This document shows, piece by piece, positions 14,420 to 21,178 of a stretch of 21,178 bases of DNA. Below the pieces are notes generated by a model, which ran no database searches, was not told the DNA's origin, and saw only the letters and a list, made by a program, of their open reading frames with translations. Numbering within the stretch: position 1 is the first letter of the stretch; every line of letters starts with the position of its first letter. Source of the DNA: Nanobdellota archaeon (lineage in GTDB: Archaea > Aenigmatarchaeota > Aenigmatarchaeia > QMZP01); NCBI GenBank assembly GCA_043814765.1, contig JBDRJQ010000039.1, forward strand, positions 1-21,178, read 5' to 3'. The position numbers were made by a program, and so were the translations under genes.

Positions 14420-17400
14420 ATGATGGCTTCTGTCTTTAAAAAAAGAAAGTCAGTTTTGTTATGCTTATCTTTTTTATTGATATTCAACGTACTTGCAATC
14501 ACAATGGTATTGGGAGGTACTGTTAAACTTTATGATCGCGATGCAGCTGTTCCTAAAAAGATAGATATGCAGCTTGGTGGAGAATCCCTAGTCAGCCTGT
14601 ATACCGGAGCGTTAACGTATTCTTATACTATAAGAGTTCCTCCAGGAACAAACGGGTTGCAGCCTTCTCTGGGCATTTTTTACAACAGCCATTCAGCAAC
14701 AGGCCAGAGTCCTGGTGTTTTGGGTGCGGGGTGGCAGCTTTCTCAAAGTTATATTCAGAGAGATGTGAATCATACAGTGGATGATACATCTGATGATAAA
14801 TTCATCCTTGTGCTTAATGGCGCATCTTATGAACTGATCTATGTTGATAGCGAAAGCAGATATCACACTAAGATTGAAACTTTTATGAATATTCAGAAAG
14901 GGACCGGAGTAAACAATACTAAAGGAGAATATTGGACAGCTAAAACCAAGGACGGAACTTCTTATAGATTCGGTTATAACAACAATTCTGAAGCGGTTTC
15001 TAATCAGTATGATTATGTTTTGAGATGGAGCTTAGATTTAATTAATGACACTCACAGGAATAATATAACTTTTGTTTATCTCGAAAACCCGTATCCAAGA
15101 GATGTTGGTGCGGTTTATCTCAAAAACATAACTTATAACAGTGATGATAAGAGATTCATTAATTTTACTTATGAAGACTCTGACAGGCCTGATATATGGG
15201 CAAACTACACTTATCAGGGAAACGAGTCTGTAGAGTCAAGAAGGCTAACAGAAATTAACGTAACCTTTGATGATATACTGGTAAGGAAATACGTCTTAGG
15301 ATATTCAACTATAGGAGAAGATGTTAAGACTTTGAGTTTTTTATCGAATATAACTCTGTATGGAAACGATGGTGTGACCGCATTACCTTCTTTGAACTTC
15401 TCATATAATAACATAACAGACGACTTCTCAGAGGCCACTCCGTGGAAACCAATCATAACATTCGTAAGTGTGGGTGGAGTAGATCAAGGAGTTAGATTTG
15501 CTGACATTAATGGAGATGGTTTAGTAGATCTAATACAGGGACAAGATGTTGGTAATAAGAGAGCCTGGATCAACGACGGCGCAGGCTGGACAGAAGACGC
15601 CACGTGGGAACCGCCTATAGTTTTTGTAACCACTACTGGACAGGATCTTGGAATACGGTTAGCAGATGTCAATGGAGACGGATTAGTTGATGTGTTGAAA
15701 GCAAAAGATAATGCTGCTAAGGAGGCATGGATCAATAACGGAGCGGGCTGGACAGAAGATGCTGTTGGAACATGGCATCCTCCCACGTCTTTTGCTGCAG
15801 ATACTGGACAAGATCTTGGAGTACGGTTAGCAGATGTTAATGGAGACGGATTAGTTGATGTGCTGCGGGGAAGATATGAGAATGAAAGGACTGCATGGAT
15901 CAATGATGGTACAGGCTGGATAGAGGACAGCTCATGGAGACCACCCAGAATTTTCGTAAATGATGATGGGGTGGATCTTGGAGTACGGTTAGCAGATGTC
16001 AACGGAGACAGATTAGTTGATATTTTAAAAGCAATAGACGATGCTGACAAGGAAATATGGATCAATAACGGCACTGGCTGGACGCTGGATGGAACACGAA
16101 AATTATCAGGAGTACCTACTTTTGCTGCAGGCACCGGACAGGATCAGGGAGTAAGGCTTGGTGATATCAACGGAGATGGACTGGTGGATGTGCTGCAAGG
16201 AAAAGGACCATCAACCACAGGAGTTTGGATCAACAACGGAGCAGGCTGGACAGAAGACATCTCATGGGATACACCCACAATGTTTGTAACTGGTGCTGGG
16301 GAAGATGAAGGAGTCAGATTAGCAGATGTCAACGGAGATGGATTAGTTGATGTTGTAAGAGGAGAAGGACCCTCTGCTCAGCAAACCTGGATTAACAATG
16401 CAGCTAAAGGTTATTTGTTAAATACTGTCTCCAACGAATATGGCGGAAACATCTCTGTAGACTACAACAAATCCACTTACAAAGCCAATTCAGGAGATGA
16501 CAGCAAAAGCGATCTTGGCTTTAATCTCTGGGTTGTTTCATCTATTACAGAGGATAACGGCATGACTGGAAGCCATCGCGTTGTGTCCAACTCCAGTTAT
16601 AATTATTCAGGAGGATTCTATGATTACAGCATTGGAGACAGGGAATTCAGAGGCTTCAGTTATGTAGCGGAGAACAGATCAGACGGAAGCCTGGTCAAGC
16701 ACTGGTTCCATCAGAATGATGGCCGTAAAGGAAAGGAATTCGAAACAAAAGTTCTTGACCACCTGGAAAATACTTACACGAGAACAGAGTTCGACTGGAA
16801 CGATTCAACTCAAGACGGCTACTTCATCCCTCTACTAAACGAGCAAATAGAATACATGTATGACGGGGCCGCAACCAACCCGAAAGCCATGAAAACAAAC
16901 TACAGTTATGACGATTACGGGAACATGGTGGTAGTAAGAAGCTGGGGTAATGACGACGAACTGGAAGATGAAAGATATGAATATTTTGAATACACTGTCA
17001 ACACTGACAAATGGATTGTAGACAAACCCAAGCATTATTCATTTTATGATTCAGACAATACAACAAGGATTAGAGAGAGTTGGTTTGATTATGATGAACA
17101 GGGTTACGGCCATGCTCCGACAAAAGGCGACCTGACCAGCAGAGAGGACTGGCTCTATGGCGGAGACAACCCAACAGCCAATTATACCTATGACTCTTAC
17201 GGGAACGTGATAGAGGAAATCGATGCCAATGGCTATTACACCAACTACACTTACGGGATAGCGGACACCACGCACACCTTCCCTGAGCAAATCACAAACG
17301 CTAGGAGCCACATATTCAATTACTCATATGATCTTGGAACAGGAAACCTTCTTTCAGAGACAGACTCCAACGGCTTCATGACTAACTACACTTATGACGT

Positions 17401-20251
17401 CCTTGGCAGGATTTCCATGGAAATACTGCCTTATGACAGCTTGGATTATCCTACCAGTATTTATCAATACGATCTGGACGGAGTTGCGCCTGAAAGAGTG
17501 AAATTCATCCAGAGAGAGATGGCTGGCCAGGACAGTACGCTTAATGCGTCTTACTTTTATGACGGCTTCGGAAGGCTGATTCAGACCAAGAGAGAAGCGA
17601 CAAAAAACAGGCAGATTGTGAATGACGTTTTTTATGACTCTATGAAAAGGGTAGGTAATGAAAGCAATCCCTACTTTTTTGCCTTCAGCGAAGACTACAC
17701 CACCCCAAACGAGAGCGTCAAAAGAATGAATTATACCTATGACGTAATGGGCAGGGTCATAAAGATAACAAACCCTGACAACACACAAAAGAACTTTTCA
17801 TACGACCGCTGGAACACCACGCAGCATGATGAGAACGGCAACAGAAAGGACTTTGTTTATGACGCCTATAGGCAGGCCATAAAGGTTTCAGAGCACAACA
17901 GCACAATCGTGTTCAACACAACCTACGAATACAACGCTTCCGGAGAGCTGGTCGCAATCAAGGACGACCAGGGCAACGACTTCACATTCGTTTTTGACAC
18001 TCTGGGAAGGAAGATAAGGTTAAGGGACCCTGACATGGGTGTCTGGAACTACTCATACGACAAGGCTGGGAATATGATCAGCCAGATAGACAATAAAACC
18101 AACACAATCACCTTTAATTACGATAAGATTAACAGGGTAACAAGCAAGTCTTCGGCATCCCAGGCGTTCACTTATGCTTATGACACCCACACCAACGGAA
18201 CCCTCTCGCAGGTCATATCATCTGACGCCACAACCACTTTTTATTATGACAACAGGCTGAGAAAGATAACCGAGACCAGGAAGGTTTCAGAAGAAGTGCT
18301 GGCTACCAACTGGACCTATGACTCTATGGACAGAGTCACCTCGCTTATCCTGCCCAATACGAACAGCGTGGACTATACTTATGACGCGCAGGGAAACGTG
18401 ATGTCAATCAACGGAACGTTTAATATAACCTACAATGAAATGAGCTCCCCACTCATGAGGGCGTATGAGAACAGCCTCATGTCCAACCACACATACGACA
18501 CTAGGACATTCAGGCTAGTCAATATAAACACTTCTGGAAAACAGGACCTGGATTATGATTATGATCCAGTGGGGAACATAATCTGGATCAATGATACAAT
18601 AAACTACACAAACTACACAATGGAGTATGACAAGCTGGACAGGCTGATATTCACGCAGAGGTTCACAAACCCAGCAGCATCAGACAATGACTTCACAATA
18701 AACTACAGCTACAGCAGCATAGGGAACATGCTCACATTAACCTCCAGCACAGGTAATATAACTTTCACTTACGACTCTGGTCCTGTGCACGCCCCAAGCG
18801 ACCTGACACACGAAGCTTACACACAAACATTTAGCTTCATGCTGGCCCAGGGCCAGGGCAGCGGCTCAAGCGCAAACTACAACCTCAATTACACCCTGAC
18901 AGACCAGCCGACAGGCACCCACAACAGCGCAAACTACAACCTATACTTAGGATGGCAGTCGTATTATTCCGAAGGAACCCAGACCACAACAACATCCTAT
19001 GACCTAACATACGACAAGAACGGCAACTTGATACAAGGCACAGATAATTATTACGAATATAACGAGTTTAACCAATTAATAAGAGTAAGACAAGACGACG
19101 CAGACGGAAACATCCTCGAAGAATACACCTATGACCATGATGGGAGCAGAATAAAGAAAACAGAGTACTTCTACGATCCTGAAACAACATCCACCACATA
19201 CTACGCAGGAAGCGAATTCATCCGAGTTGTTAATGATACAGGAACGTTCGACACAGCTTTTATCTACCATAGCGGACAGCTCATCAGAAGGCAGGAAGGC
19301 GATGGAGCCAAGTACTTCTATCACCCAGATCATTTAGGAAGCACCAGCATTGTAACAGATGAAAACGGATACGTCATAGAAGAGACTAATTACCTGCCGT
19401 ATGGAACTGCCTTAGACGGTGGTGATTCTCGTTTCCTTTACACAGGCAAAGAAAAGGATGTGTTAACTAACATATACTACTACGGTTCAAGGTATTATGA
19501 TCCGTTCTTCAGGCACTTTACTCAGGCTGACAGTATCATTCCTAATGTTTATAATCCGCAGAGCTTGAACAGGTATGCGTACACTTTGAATAATCCGTAT
19601 AAGTATGTTGATCTGGAGGGAGACAGTGCTGTTCCCTATCTGTTTGCTTTGGGATATTCTGCTGGTGTTGGAATGTCTTTTGCAGCTCAGTATCCAACTG
19701 GAAAAGTTGATTTAGGGCGTGGAGTTGCAACTGGAATAACAGTTGGCACTGCTTCTGCAGTAGCAGGTCTTATAACAGGTCCAATACCATACATAGGACA
19801 AGGATCAAGTATAGGCAAACTATTTAACATTGCTGTTGGTGGGGTAGAACAATTAATTGTTGGAGAGCTAAGTATGCTGATTGAACATGGTGCAACACAA
19901 ACACTCGCGATCCCTCAGAAGGATTTATCAGAATTTAATGAAATTTTAGGAAGTTTAGTGTCTGGTGAACAGCCTACAGGCTATTTTGTGCCACCAGGAC
20001 AGGAAATCGGATTGACTTACTATCCAGAAAGTGGTCAATTCATAAATACAAAGGGCATGCCACTCGATCAGTTAATTTCCCTAGAATTACCATTGATTAA
20101 AAGGCATTTATCACGGTTAGGATTTGATCCAACCACTATTAACATCTACGGATTAATAAGAAGTTATAATGAGGATACTAAAGGACTTTCATTTGAGAGG
20201 TATATAAACAAATATTATACTGATTTCAAAATAGAGGAGGATTACGAATAA
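14420..20251 (+). CDS. secreted SpvB/FG-GAP/RHS-YD repeat protein (TcB-TcC-like polymorphic toxin) with unknown C-terminal domain
   Basis: KKRK plus hydrophobic signal, SpvB-like TGALTYSYTIRVPPGTNGLQPSL..YNS...GAGW, six ADVNGDGLVD repeats, REFRGF, many YDxxGN/GR repeats, and an RHS core (DHLGST, YLPYG, YTGKEKD, YYGSRYYDP, LNRYAYTLNNPYKYVDLEG). Confidence 0.93.
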   Translation: MMASVFKKRKSVLLCLSFLLIFNVLAITMVLGGTVKLYDRDAAVPKKIDMQLGGESLVSLYTGALTYSYTIRVPPGTNGLQPSLGIFYNSHSATGQSPGVLGAGWQLSQSYIQRDVNHTVDDTSDDKFILVLNGASYELIYVDSESRYHTKIETFMNIQKGTGVNNTKGEYWTAKTKDGTSYRFGYNNNSEAVSNQYDYVLRWSLDLINDTHRNNITFVYLENPYPRDVGAVYLKNITYNSDDKRFINFTYEDSDRPDIWANYTYQGNESVESRRLTEINVTFDDILVRKYVLGYSTIGEDVKTLSFLSNITLYGNDGVTALPSLNFSYNNITDDFSEATPWKPIITFVSVGGVDQGVRFADINGDGLVDLIQGQDVGNKRAWINDGAGWTEDATWEPPIVFVTTTGQDLGIRLADVNGDGLVDVLKAKDNAAKEAWINNGAGWTEDAVGTWHPPTSFAADTGQDLGVRLADVNGDGLVDVLRGRYENERTAWINDGTGWIEDSSWRPPRIFVNDDGVDLGVRLADVNGDRLVDILKAIDDADKEIWINNGTGWTLDGTRKLSGVPTFAAGTGQDQGVRLGDINGDGLVDVLQGKGPSTTGVWINNGAGWTEDISWDTPTMFVTGAGEDEGVRLADVNGDGLVDVVRGEGPSAQQTWINNAAKGYLLNTVSNEYGGNISVDYNKSTYKANSGDDSKSDLGFNLWVVSSITEDNGMTGSHRVVSNSSYNYSGGFYDYSIGDREFRGFSYVAENRSDGSLVKHWFHQNDGRKGKEFETKVLDHLENTYTRTEFDWNDSTQDGYFIPLLNEQIEYMYDGAATNPKAMKTNYSYDDYGNMVVVRSWGNDDELEDERYEYFEYTVNTDKWIVDKPKHYSFYDSDNTTRIRESWFDYDEQGYGHAPTKGDLTSREDWLYGGDNPTANYTYDSYGNVIEEIDANGYYTNYTYGIADTTHTFPEQITNARSHIFNYSYDLGTGNLLSETDSNGFMTNYTYDVLGRISMEILPYDSLDYPTSIYQYDLDGVAPERVKFIQREMAGQDSTLNASYFYDGFGRLIQTKREATKNRQIVNDVFYDSMKRVGNESNPYFFAFSEDYTTPNESVKRMNYTYDVMGRVIKITNPDNTQKNFSYDRWNTTQHDENGNRKDFVYDAYRQAIKVSEHNSTIVFNTTYEYNASGELVAIKDDQGNDFTFVFDTLGRKIRLRDPDMGVWNYSYDKAGNMISQIDNKTNTITFNYDKINRVTSKSSASQAFTYAYDTHTNGTLSQVISSDATTTFYYDNRLRKITETRKVSEEVLATNWTYDSMDRVTSLILPNTNSVDYTYDAQGNVMSINGTFNITYNEMSSPLMRAYENSLMSNHTYDTRTFRLVNINTSGKQDLDYDYDPVGNIIWINDTINYTNYTMEYDKLDRLIFTQRFTNPAASDNDFTINYSYSSIGNMLTLTSSTGNITFTYDSGPVHAPSDLTHEAYTQTFSFMLAQGQGSGSSANYNLNYTLTDQPTGTHNSANYNLYLGWQSYYSEGTQTTTTSYDLTYDKNGNLIQGTDNYYEYNEFNQLIRVRQDDADGNILEEYTYDHDGSRIKKTEYFYDPETTSTTYYAGSEFIRVVNDTGTFDTAFIYHSGQLIRRQEGDGAKYFYHPDHLGSTSIVTDENGYVIEETNYLPYGTALDGGDSRFLYTGKEKDVLTNIYYYGSRYYDPFFRHFTQADSIIPNVYNPQSLNRYAYTLNNPYKYVDLEGDSAVPYLFALGYSAGVGMSFAAQYPTGKVDLGRGVATGITVGTASAVAGLITGPIPYIGQGSSIGKLFNIAVGGVEQLIVGELSMLIEHGATQTLAIPQKDLSEFNEILGSLVSGEQPTGYFVPPGQEIGLTYYPESGQFINTKGMPLDQLISLELPLIKRHLSRLGFDPTTINIYGLIRSYNEDTKGLSFERYINKYYTDFKIEEDYE
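15430..16400 (+). repeat. six FG-GAP/VCBS-type coding repeats, period alternating 162/168 bp
   Basis: D(Q/L/E)G(V/I)R anchors at 15482, 15644, 15812, 15974, 16142 and 16304. Confidence 0.9.
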
Positions 20252-20252
20252 T

Positions 20253-20450
20253 ATGAAAAAAGTGATTGAAAAAAGAATACTTGAAATAATTCTAGCATTT
20301 TTTGGAATTGTTTTTTTAACGTTTGGCGCCTTTCTTTTTTTCTTTCTAGGGTCACCAAATATACAGTTAAAAATACAACTGGTAATGGGTGCTATTGCAA
20401 CATTAGCAATCGCGTTCATAGTAGCAATGTATCTTGATAAAAAATACTGA
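20253..20450 (+). CDS. small two-TM protein, candidate immunity protein
   Basis: Starts 1 nt after the RHS stop with GGAGGA upstream. Two hydrophobic helices. Confidence 0.65.
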   Translation: MKKVIEKRILEIILAFFGIVFLTFGAFLFFFLGSPNIQLKIQLVMGAIATLAIAFIVAMYLDKKY

Positions 20451-20606
20451 AAGAGAGACTTTAAAGTGAAGATTGCAGGAATGAAAAATAATCCAATTTC
20501 TGAAATATAATGAAACAACTAATTTTTCTCTATAAACAACGCATTTAGGAACCGAAACCTTTAAAAACAGAAAGTTTTTAAGGATGTTGGGGAAGAAATT
20601 GAATGT

Positions 20607-21178
20607 ATGGTTAAAAATCAAAAGAAAATCATATTTAGGTTTGATCTAACACCAAACGCTTTAAAGAACCCCCAAATACGAAAACAGATAGAAAAAGAAT
20701 TGAAAGATAGGTATAATAGAGATGTATCAGGAATTATAGAAAGGTGGGCAAAGGTTCACCCATTTATAACTGATAAAGGCGGTTTTTATCTAAAACTATT
20801 AGAAGAAGCAAAAATTACTTATAGATCGGGTTTAAATTATGCAACAATTTCAATGGTAGGAATAACCGCAGAAAGATTCTCAATAGAATTGGGAGGGAAA
20901 TTGAGATTTAGGGTAAATAAAAACCCAATATCTAAAAATGATATTTTTGGTGATAGATTTAATCAACAAAAAAGATTAAGAATGTTATATAAGGCAAAAT
21001 TAATAAAGAAAGATATATTTGAAAATCTAGATAAAATCAGGATTATAAGAAACAAGTATATTCATCCTAAAAAGAAAAGAAATCCTGGAAAAGATTCATT
21101 AAAAGTTCTTAATCTGATGATTGATGTTCTACAATCTGATTTTTCTCATAATTATGAATTGAAAAATGGGAAAATAGT
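20607..21178 (+). CDS. HEPN-domain (DUF4145-like) protein, 3'-truncated by the window edge, not in ORF track
   Basis: Hand translation MVKNQKKIIFRFDLTP...LLEEAKITYRSGLNYATISMVGITAE...LDKIRIIRNKYIHP with no stop. Rx4H motif at 21048-21065 and promoter GAAACCTTTAAAAAC at 20554-20568. Confidence 0.75.
   Translation, partial: MVKNQKKIIFRFDLTPNALKNPQIRKQIEKELKDRYNRDVSGIIERWAKVHPFITDKGGFYLKLLEEAKITYRSGLNYATISMVGITAERFSIELGGKLRFRVNKNPISKNDIFGDRFNQQKRLRMLYKAKLIKKDIFENLDKIRIIRNKYIHPKKKRNPGKDSLKVLNLMIDVLQSDFSHNYELKNGKI

Noticed and set aside
15484..16134. 216-aa repetitive antisense ORF
   Set aside because: It is the shadow of the FG-GAP repeats on the + strand and has no independent signals.
14420..20251. 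Diversity-generating retroelement target or intein in the RHS gene
   Set aside because: No reverse transcriptase, no template/variable repeat pair with adenine-specific mismatches, and no intein terminal motifs seen.
20189..20621. Minus-strand ORFs 20189-20518 and 20403-20621
   Set aside because: They overlap the better-supported + strand genes and the HEPN promoter.

Overview
Archaeal chromosomal window. Evidence for this: BRE/TATA-type promoters (AAA(C/G)CTTT(T/A)TA), GGTGA ribosome-binding sites, DUF357, archaeal-type HisRS and PEP synthase. A DPANN-like lineage is plausible but is inference only. Positions 1-7.5 kb hold mixed housekeeping and hypothetical genes: MptB/YhaM-like HD hydrolase, NUDIX hydrolase, CDP-alcohol phosphatidyltransferase, M29-like aminopeptidase, a split MgtE/SLC41 pair, a divergent adenylosuccinate lyase and DUF5654. 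The most unusual part is 7.5-9.3 kb, where a complete tRNA-His(GTG) lies in frame inside the 3' half of an AbrB/MazE-like ORF. That ORF is in the structured leader of the histidyl-tRNA synthetase gene, together with hairpins and His-containing mini-ORFs. Directly after hisS, a RelBE-like toxin-antitoxin cassette is flanked by a 36-bp direct repeat. The repeat duplicates the DUF357 3' end with only synonymous differences. The right half holds ppsA, a modular Cys-rich surface protein and a 1943-aa signal-peptide-bearing SpvB/FG-GAP/RHS (TcB-TcC-like) polymorphic toxin. These are followed by a 2-TM candidate immunity gene and a truncated HEPN (DUF4145-like) ORF that the ORF track missed. All family assignments come from motif recognition by eye, not from database searches.
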